NCBI GenBank assembly: GCA_900128395.1
Contig: LT649330.1
Span: 1-37,166 of the forward strand
Source of the DNA: Stramenopiles sp. TOSAG23-2
Lineage: Eukaryota
Direction: 5' to 3'
DNA: 37,166 bases
The translations under genes were made by a program, and so were the position numbers. Under the pieces are notes generated by a model that was not told where the DNA came from, did not search any database, and saw only the letters and a list, made by a program, of their open reading frames with translations. Positions 1 through 10,033 of this stretch are shown piece after piece; within the stretch, counting starts at the first letter, position 1, and each line of letters begins with the position of its first letter.

Positions 1-377
1 TACATTTTCACACTTTCCCATCATATTTACATGTTTTTTTTTATTTTTTAATTATGTTTTTTTCCCCTCAAATATTGGTTGAAATCTCTGGTCTAAGTAC
101 GGAGTAGTTGTATACTAGAAATATTTACCTATATAATATGTTTTTTATCAATATCGGCCAGAAAAGCCCTCTCTCAGAAAAATCGGGTCTTATAAATGTT
201 TTTACAGTTTTTACAAATTACAAACATGAGTTTGCAGTTTTTTACATACGCGTAAATTTTTTAGTATTTTTGTTTTACACATCATATATACGACTAGTGA
301 CTCTAGTACTCTCTCTTTATACTTCTCTCGTATTTTTCTCGTACGAGTACGTCGTACACCCCTCCCCCCTCCCCAAG

Positions 378-737
378 ACCCAAGAAATCATCATCAATCT
401 CAATCAAAATCATTACGCGAATCGTTGAGCAATTCTCATGTCATTCATATATAAAAAATACAAATCACACACATTTTACGAATACACACCATCTGCAAAA
501 TTCCATGCATCTGGATTATGCGTTTTAACAATATCACCTCTACCTGGTCCTGGTACACACCCTCCCCAAGAAATCATCAACAAATCTCATCAAAATCATT
601 ACGCGAATCGTATACATCAATTATGCATATCATATCATTCATATAAAAAATACAAATCACATACATTTTACGAATACACACCATCTGCGAAATTCCATGC
701 ATCTGGATTATGCGTTTTAACAATATCACCTCTACCA
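378..737. repeat. Two diverged tandem copies of the 3' end and 3' flank of the 668-1657 gene
   Basis: ~378-544 resembles ~565-736 (cccaagaaatcatca...aatatcacctctacc) with several substitutions and indels. Confidence 0.85.
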
Positions 738-1657
738 TTTTTCATTTCTGATGCAGTATCACTCCACATCCACATTTTTTCCACTTGATTATATTCATAT
801 ACACCACTATGCTCATATGTTTTATATTTTCTAGATACAGTTGTTTTATATGGTTTAAATGTAACATTTCCTTTCTTTGCACGTGCTTTGGAACGTCCAG
901 CTGCACCATCTTGCAATATAGTAACATTACCAGCTTCATCCGTTGATGCTAAATATGGTTTTTCACGTAATAATTTCTTTGTTTCCCTCATTTTACGCAT
1001 GGAATTGCGTTCCCGTTCCGCTGGTCCTAAATATCCAGGTACTTGAACTGGATTTCGTTTCCTATAATCTTTTAATTTTTTATCATCGGCTGCCATTTTT
1101 CTTGCACGTTCAATTGGTAAACGTGTTTGGTTCGAAGTGGAGTTATCCCACAATGCTTTACCTTCCAAATTTGGATGCACTGGCATTTCTTGTGTATCTT
1201 TACTAGGTGCTAATGTTCTTGCCATCGCGCGTACTTTTGGATCTGCAATTAATAAACGTTGATCAAATTCCAAATGCGTTGCTTTCGGTACAAATGGTGG
1301 CCGTTTGTCTGGCAATTTTTCTGCCCTATAATTATGTTGATATAATGGTGCATCATGTGCACTAAGTTGATGTTGATCCCTAACACATTTATGTGCTGTG
1401 GTGTATGTGCTACCATTCCATGGTTCTTTATTCAATCCTAATCGATTCCCACGCTTCGCTGCACGTATTTCACGTTTTGCTTGTAATGCTTTTTGTGGTA
1501 TTTCACTTTTATGAAATGCTTTTTCATCAAACCCATAGTTCGCTCTACCATGTATTGACCCTATCCTAAATTGTGCTTTTAATCCTGTATAATCTTTCCC
1601 CGTACGTGCACCTGGTACTTGTGATTTTGCTTTTGAATCTGCTCTTCCCCGTCCCAT
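668..1657 (-). CDS. Uncharacterised basic protein, 329 aa (MGRGRADSKAKSQ...NPDAWNFADGVYS)
   Basis: Long ORF with consistent codon usage. The track start at 1717 lies inside a 106-bp tandem duplication (1607-1712/1713-1818), so the ATG at 1657 is preferred. No domain recognised. Confidence 0.8.
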   Translation of the reverse strand: MGRGRADSKAKSQVPGARTGKDYTGLKAQFRIGSIHGRANYGFDEKAFHKSEIPQKALQAKREIRAAKRGNRLGLNKEPWNGSTYTTAHKCVRDQHQLSAHDAPLYQHNYRAEKLPDKRPPFVPKATHLEFDQRLLIADPKVRAMARTLAPSKDTQEMPVHPNLEGKALWDNSTSNQTRLPIERARKMAADDKKLKDYRKRNPVQVPGYLGPAERERNSMRKMRETKKLLREKPYLASTDEAGNVTILQDGAAGRSKARAKKGNVTFKPYKTTVSRKYKTYEHSGVYEYNQVEKMWMWSDTASEMKNGRGDIVKTHNPDAWNFADGVYS

Positions 1658-1818
1658 TCTTCTTTTTTTGTATAATATAGTGAATATGTGATTATATACG
1701 GTATTACAACGATGCACCTGGTACTTGTGATTTTGCTTTTGAATCTGCTCTTCCCCGTCCCATTCTTCTTTTTTTGTATAATATAGTGAATATGTGATTA
1801 TATACGGTATTACAACGA
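1607..1818. repeat. 106-bp perfect tandem duplication over the start codon of the first gene
   Basis: tgcacctggtact...tattacaacga at 1607-1712 and 1713-1818. Confidence 0.95.
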
Positions 1819-1965
1819 ACGAGAAAAAGAGGGATGTTTATCTTTTAGTACAGTACTCGATTGGTCGATCATGCTCGTCTCCCCAATTGCTTTATTAAAA
1901 TCTATATTTTATATTGCAACGTTACGTTAAAACGAATATATGATGAGGAGATATTATTTTGAGAT

Positions 1966-2194
1966 GGATTTAATATGGGAATAGAAGGTGGTATACGTGA
2001 TCGATAGGAACATTCATGGTGGATAACAATAGAAGATAAGGATGATAAGTACGAACTTGGTTGGGTGTAGCGGGGATTTAATATGGGAATAGAAGGTGGT
2101 ATACGTGATCGATAGGGAACTTTATGGATAACAATATAAGAGAAGGATGATAAGTACAAAAGTGGATTTAATATTAATATGGGAATAGAAGGTG
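1966..2194 (+). repeat. Three diverged or partial copies of ggatttaatatgggaatagaaggtg...
   Basis: Copies start near 1966, 2074 and 2164. The first two read GFNMGIEGGIRDR-stop, like the orphan 3' end of a gene. Confidence 0.8.
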
Positions 2195-2607
2195 AAATGT
2201 GGTAGAGGTGATATTGTTAAAACGCATAATCCAGATGCATGGAATTTCGCAGATGGTGTGTATTCGTAAAATGTATGTGATTTGTATTTTTTATATGAAT
2301 GATATGATATGCATAATTGATGTATACGATTCGCGTAATGATTTTGATGAGATTTGTTGATGATTTCTTGGGGAGGGTGTGTACCAGGACCAGGTATGAC
2401 AAAATACGAGAGAAGTACATTATAAGAGTCTTTTTTAAAAGAGAGTACCAAAAAACACAAGAAGTACCCTGTAAAAAACTATTTAGAAATATGCCAACTA
2501 CCAACTAGTAACTAGTGTTTGTGTAAAACATAAAATATTTTACGCCGTAATTAAAATATAAAAATTTAAAATGCCACTCACACACTCGATCACACTCGAT
2601 CACACCC

Positions 2608-3459
2608 TCACTTCTTCTTCTTCATACTAAATTTCTTTTTCAACTTTCCTTTACCCATCATTTGTTTTAATTTACTATTATTACCACCACCTTTTCCAAG
2701 ATTAGATGTTAATTGATTAATAGCAGCTGCTTTGATCATTGTGATTCGTCTAGTCTTTCGTTTTGATCGTTTCCCTCTTTTTTTCGATTCTTCTTGTTCT
2801 GCTACGGATAATCGTCGTAATACAAAATGTCCTTCTTCACTCCATTCACTATTTCCTTTTGCATTTTTTCCTCGTATACGAAACCATCTTTCCAATGCTA
2901 ATGGTTCTGCTTCTTTATATTCACAAAATTTATCTTTTGTATTTAAAACAGTTTTCCAACGTGTTAATTTTTCGTCAATTGTTAATTCTCTACGTTGAAG
3001 TTCATAGGATATAATTGGTGATCCATTATCATGTGAGCTATCTTTTATACCCGGTTTATGTTTCCAACCTAATGTAAGAACATGTCCATCCCATAATACT
3101 TCACGTGGTTTATCCGGCTTACTTGGTACGGAATGGTATGTTTGAAACCAGGTTGATCCTTCACTTGGTGGACCCCAACCTGCTACATTATGTGCTCGAA
3201 CACGAAAGGAATAATTCGTAGCTGGCAATAAATCTTTTGGGGTAAATTCAAAACACATATCTCGCATTAAAATACTCCATGCACCTAATGTTTCCCATGT
3301 ATGTCCAATGGTTAATCGTTGCAATTCAAACATATCGACTTCTAAACCATTGTCACGAACGCCATCCCATTCTACTTTAGCATCTCGTTCATCGAAATTA
3401 ACTACATTTGGTGCTGAAGGTGCACCAGGTATTGATGTTGAAAATTCAAGGCATTCATA
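2608..3459 (-). CDS. Fibronectin type III repeat protein, 5'-incomplete (two FN3 domains plus Lys-rich tail)
   Basis: FN3 signatures PGAPSAP..VEW..DNG..FELQ..LLPATNYSFRVRAHNVAGWGPPS and PSKPDKP..DNGSPIISYELQ..FRIRGKNAKGNSEWS. The frame stays open upstream of the track ATG (3333) to 3459, which is needed to complete the first FN3 domain. Confidence 0.85.
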   Translation of the reverse strand, partial: YECLEFSTSIPGAPSAPNVVNFDERDAKVEWDGVRDNGLEVDMFELQRLTIGHTWETLGAWSILMRDMCFEFTPKDLLPATNYSFRVRAHNVAGWGPPSEGSTWFQTYHSVPSKPDKPREVLWDGHVLTLGWKHKPGIKDSSHDNGSPIISYELQRRELTIDEKLTRWKTVLNTKDKFCEYKEAEPLALERWFRIRGKNAKGNSEWSEEGHFVLRRLSVAEQEESKKRGKRSKRKTRRITMIKAAAINQLTSNLGKGGGNNSKLKQMMGKGKLKKKFSMKKKK

Positions 3460-3775
3460 TTATACAGTAAGCATATATTATAGGAGCATTTGATATACGA
3501 TTTATTACATATTGTAATGTTGCTAATTGCTTTAATATCGTTATTACCAATCCTTGTGCATCTTCCACATCCCTTACATTCATTTGAATATGTTTAATTA
3601 TAGAAGCTTTTTCATCAATACTATTATAAATTTCTAAAATGGAACGATATAATTTTAAAAGTGGATATGCATTTGCTTTTGCATTTGATATAGCTACATC
3701 TGCTTCTTCATAATATTCCACTTTACGTCGATAATTTGGTGGAAATGCATGGTCTATTGTATTTGATGATGATAC
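3455..3775 (-). CDS. Coding fragment, probably the upstream part of the FN3 gene separated by a 1-nt frameshift
   Basis: Frame open 3775-3458 with no ATG near its 5' end; helical protein-like sequence. Removing one base near 3460 joins it to the FN3 frame (..IYAYCIYECLEFSTSIPGAP..). Confidence 0.5.
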   Translation of the reverse strand, partial: VSSSNTIDHAFPPNYRRKVEYYEEADVAISNAKANAYPLLKLYRSILEIYNSIDEKASIIKHIQMNVRDVEDAQGLVITILKQLATLQYVINRISNAPIIYAYCII

Positions 3776-4172
3776 TCAAAGTGTGTCAACTGATTATGAA
3801 GAAGGTTTAGCTGCGTTTAGTGGTGAATATTTAGACGGGTTAGATGAGGAAGATAAATATTTTTGGAGAAAACTTGAATTTGATTATAATACTGCGTTGT
3901 GGGAAAAGTTAGATTATCGTGATGTGAAATCGTTTGAGCAGATTGATGACTTTTTGGATCATTTGGAGGAGGTGGAGGACGTTGAAAAAACAGCGGACGA
4001 TGGTAGTGATGATAAAGAGGAGAAGGGAGAGGACGATGATGACGTGGAAGATGATGACGAATGGTATGAAGATTTACATGAGGAAGATATTGAATTATTA
4101 GATGAAATTGATGTTGAAATTGAAAATATTGAAAAACGTCGTGAAGCAGCTGGTGTGAAGAGGAAAACGTGA
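3735..4172 (+). CDS. C-terminal fragment of an acidic Asp/Glu-rich protein, no ATG
   Basis: Frame open from 3735 (FGGNAWSIVFDDDTQSVSTDYEEG..) to the stop at 4172, with a strong coding-like GAR/GAT pattern. Confidence 0.6.
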   Translation, partial: FGGNAWSIVFDDDTQSVSTDYEEGLAAFSGEYLDGLDEEDKYFWRKLEFDYNTALWEKLDYRDVKSFEQIDDFLDHLEEVEDVEKTADDGSDDKEEKGEDDDDVEDDDEWYEDLHEEDIELLDEIDVEIENIEKRREAAGVKRKT

Positions 4173-4518
4173 AGGGTGAGGGAGATTATGCAGATGGAGA
4201 TGGGGGACAAAGGGGCAAAAACAAGAGTAGGTTTAGATTGTACTTCGTAGATTTTGTGTGTGCGCGTTTAAATACGAACCGGTTCGTACGAAGTACGAAG
4301 TAACATTTTACATTTTACGAGATTTACGATTTCGTATAATATCATATCATATATGCATATGCTCAATACTCAATCTCAAGAATAATATGATATGTCATAT
4401 TCAAATCCTACGTACTAAGTACTATATAGGTGAAGCTCTAATGCACGCCTGCAAACTAATACTCCACAAGCACGAGTAGGTCAATAAATATATTTAATAA
4501 ATGTAACGCGTATTAAGC

Positions 4519-6975
4519 TTAGGAACCACCACCACCTCTTGAATTTTGCAGTAACCGCCTTCTACTCACATGTGAATTCCCCACTGTATATTGCGTTCCC
4601 GTCACCACCACGTCTTTCGAATAATGTTTGTGGCGTTGGTCTTTTAATTTTTTTAACTTCTTTTCCCCGCACAAATCTTTGCATTCTTTGTAGCCTTTAA
4701 TATGTTTACAGCAATTTGAATCGTCAACATACATTTTCACTTCAACTTTCGCACCAATTAAATATTTCCTATCTTCACAGAACGGCAACTCACTTTGTAA
4801 ATACCCATTTTTATCTTGTGTATTCAAATTCACCACCGCAACCCATTCTTTCTCTTTTCCATGCACATCCATCGCAACCTGCTGAATGGAAATATCATCC
4901 GCAGTGAACAATGGCGCAGGACAGGAAGTATCTGTTACTTGATACCGCAATTGCTCGGACAAACGAAATATATTTTTATCACTATAAGCAATATCGTGTT
5001 TCAAATAATGTACCGCCACATTTTTTATATTCGTATCACTTAAATCTAAATGGTTGTAGCCACTACAAAACATCGTTTTTTTCCGCTTCAGCTTCGCAGA
5101 CGTCCATTTGGAACCACCATTGCATGTTGCTTCCTCTGATTTTGGTTTCATTTGCATCACTTGTTGCATATTATTTTTACCTATGCGTTTGACAGCTGAA
5201 CGTTTACGTAACGATTTCTCCATGGTTTCTAAAAACGATGGGGCCTGGATTTTCATTGGTTTGATGTACAAACTTTTTATCAAGTTGTAAAACTTTCTCA
5301 TTGCATGTTTATAAGGAACAAACAATTCACATAATTTATTTTCTGGGTTTCCTGGAACATCCACAATGCATGGGCCGCATAATGAAACTTCATCAAAAAA
5401 AGAATCGACTAATTTCTTTGCATGTTTTGTTTTACTTTTGCCAAGGGATTTAAGTAAATCTTTCATACCTTCGTGTAAATACCCGTCCTTTTTAATTGCA
5501 TCAGTCACTTCAACATATAAATTATGACGACTATAATCACCACCTTGACTCAATGCAAATGGTATAATATCTTCACGTTTTATAGTGCTACCTTTTGGTG
5601 GATCACATGCTTCTAATGTTGTATCACGTCTTTCTTTACAACATATATTTGGCCAAAATGATTTAGCTTCTTTAGGAATAGATTGTATTTGAAATAAATT
5701 ATCTAAATCAGATGTAAAAGAACAAAATGATTTTAATAATTCATCACGATTTGTATCAATACATGTTGTATCTTCTATTTTTTCAATTTCATTTGATATT
5801 TCAATGGCAGGGAAAACGATAGTACCTTTTGAACGTTGTTCTATGCATGATGATTTCTCATTTTTATCGTCTTGTTCTTTACGTGCTTGCATGATTTTGT
5901 CATGTTGTAAACGTGTTTGTTCTTTTTGCCATAAACGTGAATTTTTGATGGATAAATCGTTTGTTTTTTCTTTTTGTGCAACTAATTCTTTTTTAAATTT
6001 TGCTAGTTCTTTTTCAATTTCTGGATTGTAACATTTTGTACGTTGTTTATCTGTTATGAGTGGTGCATCGCATTTTTTGCATTCTGCTTTCGTACCGGCG
6101 CCACCTGCGGAATATGTATTTCTTGGACATGGCAAACATAGTTCTTTAATTTTGCATATACATTTCCTACCATTACTACATTTTTCTGTTGATTTTGTGT
6201 TGTAATTCCACCGATAGTTATTATAAAAACTATAATAAAAACATCCAGGTGGAGCATTCGACCAACTCACTCGGCCTCCATATCCTCCATTTTTATCAAT
6301 ATTACTATTATATTCAGCTGCTACCTCACATTCTTCTTCTGTTGTTATTTTAGATATACATGTACCAGATGCACATATAGGTACTGTATCAAGTTGAGTA
6401 TTTCTCCTATACTTGGTACCAGCTTTACAATAAAGTGTATTTTTATCTACAGCACATACATCTACTGAATCAAATATATTTGCACCTTTTGCTGTATATG
6501 GTGTATCTTTTGGACAAGGTATACACATTGGATTGTTACCACCTTCACTATATGTATTGATTGGGCATTTGATACATGTTTTTGTTTTGCATATACATTT
6601 AAATTCATTACTACATTGTCTTGTTGATTTTGTGTTGATATTCCACCAATAATATTCATTATCATTACCTATTTGAATACATCCAGGTGGATTACCCGAC
6701 GAACTCCATCGGCCTCCAAATCCTCTATTTTTATCAATATTATTCTTCCTATTATATTCAGCTGCTATTTTACATTCTGCTTCTGTTGTTATTTTAGATA
6801 CACCACTACATTGTGATGCTAAACCAGATGTACGAATATCTGTTCCTATCATACCATAACCAACTTTACAAGTTTGATCTTCACTACAAACGACTAATAC
6901 CATCATATACTGCGAGATTAACAATAACATAACCATATTGATTAGGTTCATTTTTATACATAAACTTACTTTCAT
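4519..6975 (-). CDS. Secreted cysteine-rich protein, 818 aa: two PPGC/WN modules each followed by a GCC2/GCC3-like CxxCPxNTYS unit, a coiled coil and an unknown C-terminal region
   Basis: Hydrophobic N-terminus. Duplicated module SKITTExECxxAAEYN..GGR..PPGC..WNxNTKST..CSN..KCICK; CIKCPINTYSEGG and CLPCPRNTYSAGG; ends RRRLLQNSRGGGGS. Confidence 0.85.
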   Translation of the reverse strand: MKVSLCIKMNLINMVMLLLISQYMMVLVVCSEDQTCKVGYGMIGTDIRTSGLASQCSGVSKITTEAECKIAAEYNRKNNIDKNRGFGGRWSSSGNPPGCIQIGNDNEYYWWNINTKSTRQCSNEFKCICKTKTCIKCPINTYSEGGNNPMCIPCPKDTPYTAKGANIFDSVDVCAVDKNTLYCKAGTKYRRNTQLDTVPICASGTCISKITTEEECEVAAEYNSNIDKNGGYGGRVSWSNAPPGCFYYSFYNNYRWNYNTKSTEKCSNGRKCICKIKELCLPCPRNTYSAGGAGTKAECKKCDAPLITDKQRTKCYNPEIEKELAKFKKELVAQKEKTNDLSIKNSRLWQKEQTRLQHDKIMQARKEQDDKNEKSSCIEQRSKGTIVFPAIEISNEIEKIEDTTCIDTNRDELLKSFCSFTSDLDNLFQIQSIPKEAKSFWPNICCKERRDTTLEACDPPKGSTIKREDIIPFALSQGGDYSRHNLYVEVTDAIKKDGYLHEGMKDLLKSLGKSKTKHAKKLVDSFFDEVSLCGPCIVDVPGNPENKLCELFVPYKHAMRKFYNLIKSLYIKPMKIQAPSFLETMEKSLRKRSAVKRIGKNNMQQVMQMKPKSEEATCNGGSKWTSAKLKRKKTMFCSGYNHLDLSDTNIKNVAVHYLKHDIAYSDKNIFRLSEQLRYQVTDTSCPAPLFTADDISIQQVAMDVHGKEKEWVAVVNLNTQDKNGYLQSELPFCEDRKYLIGAKVEVKMYVDDSNCCKHIKGYKECKDLCGEKKLKKLKDQRHKHYSKDVVVTGTQYTVGNSHVSRRRLLQNSRGGGGS

Positions 6976-7263
6976 TTTGTCAAATTGTAAATCAAATGGA
7001 TATAATTGCAGTTTAATTTCTTTAATTTAATGAGATATATCTAGAATTATCGTTTCGTTTTATTCAACAAACGAATAGTATTTTTTGTTATTAAATTGTT
7101 TTTCTTCCGTTGATTAATGATAATACTAATCGACTTAATTTGTTGTTATGTTCTTTTGTATGTTACTTTTACTATCTCTCGTCTCTCTGTTTCTACGAAG
7201 GTGTACACGTTTATGTTAAATTGTTAAATATATATGTGTTTACATGTGGAAAATCCAATGGTA

Positions 7264-7323
7264 TTACCTGCTATTTACCTGCTAATTTTGTGAGAATGTA
7301 AATAGCAGGTAAATAGCAGGTAA
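7264..7323. repeat. Perfect 21-bp inverted repeat built from 11-bp tandem units, 18-nt spacer
   Basis: ttacctgctatttacctgcta (7264-7284) and tagcaggtaaatagcaggtaa (7303-7323), lying between two divergent genes. Confidence 0.9.
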
Positions 7324-7559
7324 ATATAGTATAATTTTCCTCTTTTTCCCCCCTCTTTTTTAACACGAGGATGATAATGATGGAACACTTTTCACCTCTC
7401 GTTTATTTTGTACGTTTTGCCCCCCTTCGAGCCCACTTGGTTGCTCTTCTTGATTCTTTGTCATGAATATATTACAAACGATAGAAGCAAAGTGATCAAA
7501 AGAAATAAAGAGAGAATTCTATTTGCCATCGTTACATATTCTATATATTCCATTGTCAA

Positions 7560-9716
7560 ATGATGAATAAAACAAGAAAAGGTAACACGAATCAAAAACA
7601 AAATGTTGAGAAGAATAAGAAGCCGATAACAAAAGAAAAAATCCAACAAGAAAATGATAATAATGATAAAAAATCAACAATAAATAATCCCACCATCAAT
7701 CCAATGGCAATCGAAAATCCAAACTTAAATGAAGAGTCATTACATAAAATAAATCCTACGCAAAGATCACATGCACTATCAACAAATACGAAAAATATAG
7801 CACAAAGCATATTGTATAATTTGTCCTTTAGAAAACACGTACGTTTAAGTGGATCCATCAGTTTATTCATGATATTAATAATTGCCACAACACATTTTGT
7901 AATTTTTTTCGTATATGCAAATGTAAGAAACAGCAGTAGCTTCTACAAGATATCCCGTCCTTTCGTATGGGTATTTCTAACATTTTCGATCGTTTATGCA
8001 TTGCGTCTTGTTCATATACTCGTTGTGTGGAAAAATAATGCAACAACATTTGTTAAAACCAAATATGAAATTGAAGATGAAAATGAAAATAATAATAATC
8101 AACAAACTGTATCCACCATATCGAAAATAAAATCAAAATACAATAATATGACAAAATTTTATGATGACAATTTTGATATTAATGGCAAATATTATTTGCA
8201 TTTAATGTATTTTAGTGAATTCTCTGAAAGTGGGATTCAATTGAACAACTTGATTCAACTTTATTCATGCATGTTACCAATAGGATGGAATATTACATTC
8301 GCCATGTTATTACTAATCGAATCATCACATCGTGCCAAATTTATGTTTTATAAACTTTGGCGAGGGAAAACCACTATTAGCTTCAATGAGCGTAATTTTC
8401 AAGTAATATTAGACATTGGTATTGATTTGTTTTTTCTAATCATGCCATTAATTATTCTATGGTTTGGTTATAGAATTCCCATTTCAATTGGTGAAATTTT
8501 ACAAATTGTTTTCATTCCTTCAATATCGTTATTGTCAAAGTTACCGACTGTTATTGAACAAATTATTATCAACAATGTAAATGAAGAAATTGCATCTGGG
8601 CAAAAACAAGTGTCCGTAAATATGAAAAGGAAGCGTAAATCGTTGTTTGGGTTATCCGTAAATGAAGAGGTAGTTAAGATCCAAAATAAATATTTTCCGC
8701 GATATATGAAGTTGGTAGTGTTTTCTATGAGCTTCATGTATTCGTTAGCACTGATAATTATCATAGTTGGGCAATTGATAAATTTATCATCATTAGATAC
8801 ATGCGACAATATGTTTGATAATACGGACTTATGGCAAAAAGGCTGTATAATCAAAATACCATATTGTAAACGATCATTTATACCAAAGTGTAATTGTGTA
8901 TCATTACACATTGAAAACGATTACAGCTTAAAACAACTTCCGTTGAAAATTACAACAGAAATGGATGGAATGAGAAAAATATACATCAAGAATGGAAATT
9001 TAACAATGCTTTCAAAGCAAATGGAAAATTTAAAAGAAATTGTCGATTTTGAAATATCATTTAACCAATTGCAAGAATTTAATGTGGATGTGCTTCAGTG
9101 GCCTCGTTTAACCCGATTGGTGTTGGAATTCAATAATATTACTAAATGTAATGAACATGTATGGCACCACCCCGAATTAGCAATTTTACGAATGAGTAGT
9201 AATATAGGCCTAGGAATGCCACAAGATGTTAGTAAAATCATACTGCCAAATTTACTTTATTTGCATATGGGTAATAATAGTGTTCAAATTTCAAACGAAC
9301 TGAGCTCCAATCAATTTCCAGCGATAGTATTCTTGTATTTAGATGGAAACATCATGGAAATACTCCCTAACAAAATTGGTAGTTTCAAAGAAACAATAGA
9401 CTCTTTTGGCGTTGCACGATGCGGATTGAAATCATTAAATGGTTTAGAGAGTTTCAAAAGTTTGCATTACTTAGATGCTAGAAATAATAGCATATCTTCC
9501 ATCTCGGGCAATATGAAAAATATGATGAAAAATAAAAAGCATTTCGAGTCCTATTTTTCCGGTAATCCTTTTTGCTACGAAAAGGAGAATAGTGATTTAA
9601 ATTGTGCTAGGTTATGTACCGATTATTGTTGGTCAAAAACGGGTTTTAACAATGGGATATGCGATACAACATGTGATTCGAAGGAGTGTAATTACGATGG
9701 TGGAGATTGTGCGTAG
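7560..9716 (+). CDS. Multi-pass (~7 TM) membrane protein with C-terminal leucine-rich repeats and an LNR (Lin12/Notch)-like module, 718 aa
   Basis: About seven hydrophobic segments in residues ~95-408. LRR consensus (LTRLVLEFNNIT, LLYLHMGNNSV, LHYLDARNNSIS), cap YFSGNPFC, terminal NNGICDTTCDSKECNYDGGDC. Confidence 0.85.
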   Translation: MMNKTRKGNTNQKQNVEKNKKPITKEKIQQENDNNDKKSTINNPTINPMAIENPNLNEESLHKINPTQRSHALSTNTKNIAQSILYNLSFRKHVRLSGSISLFMILIIATTHFVIFFVYANVRNSSSFYKISRPFVWVFLTFSIVYALRLVHILVVWKNNATTFVKTKYEIEDENENNNNQQTVSTISKIKSKYNNMTKFYDDNFDINGKYYLHLMYFSEFSESGIQLNNLIQLYSCMLPIGWNITFAMLLLIESSHRAKFMFYKLWRGKTTISFNERNFQVILDIGIDLFFLIMPLIILWFGYRIPISIGEILQIVFIPSISLLSKLPTVIEQIIINNVNEEIASGQKQVSVNMKRKRKSLFGLSVNEEVVKIQNKYFPRYMKLVVFSMSFMYSLALIIIIVGQLINLSSLDTCDNMFDNTDLWQKGCIIKIPYCKRSFIPKCNCVSLHIENDYSLKQLPLKITTEMDGMRKIYIKNGNLTMLSKQMENLKEIVDFEISFNQLQEFNVDVLQWPRLTRLVLEFNNITKCNEHVWHHPELAILRMSSNIGLGMPQDVSKIILPNLLYLHMGNNSVQISNELSSNQFPAIVFLYLDGNIMEILPNKIGSFKETIDSFGVARCGLKSLNGLESFKSLHYLDARNNSISSISGNMKNMMKNKKHFESYFSGNPFCYEKENSDLNCARLCTDYCWSKTGFNNGICDTTCDSKECNYDGGDCA

Positions 9717-10033
9717 TGTTTTTTAATTTTATATTATGGAAGAGTAAAAAGTAACGAGTAACGAGAAAAAGTTCGGGGTGGTGTGGTACACGAACTGGAG
9801 TGTTAAACTGTTGATATAGTCTCGCATAAATGCATAAATCATAAATCATACCTTCGTAAATAGTGGTGTTGAGTGTTGAGACATCAAATTTTAAAAGTAA
9901 AAAAGGCATTTTGCGTTTTTATTTTGCAAAACTAAAAAGTTTTTAAGCTAACACTCTCTGGGTTCAAACTCAACACACCCACTCTCTCACCTCCTCGTAT
10001 CACCCATTTTCGCACCCACCCTTTCTCCCTTTC

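Larger units (their letters stand above)
541..2396. repeat. 197-bp inverted repeat (arms 541-737 and 2200-2396) enclosing the first gene
   Basis: 2200-2396 is the reverse complement of 541-737 (tacctggtcctggtacacac...tcacctctacca). Confidence 0.9.

Noticed and set aside
108-2508. Short ORFs 108-428, 438-788, 1902-2159, 2122-2460 and 2217-2504 sharing peptides
   Set aside because: They arise from repeated or inverted 3'-flank DNA and the antisense strand of the real gene.
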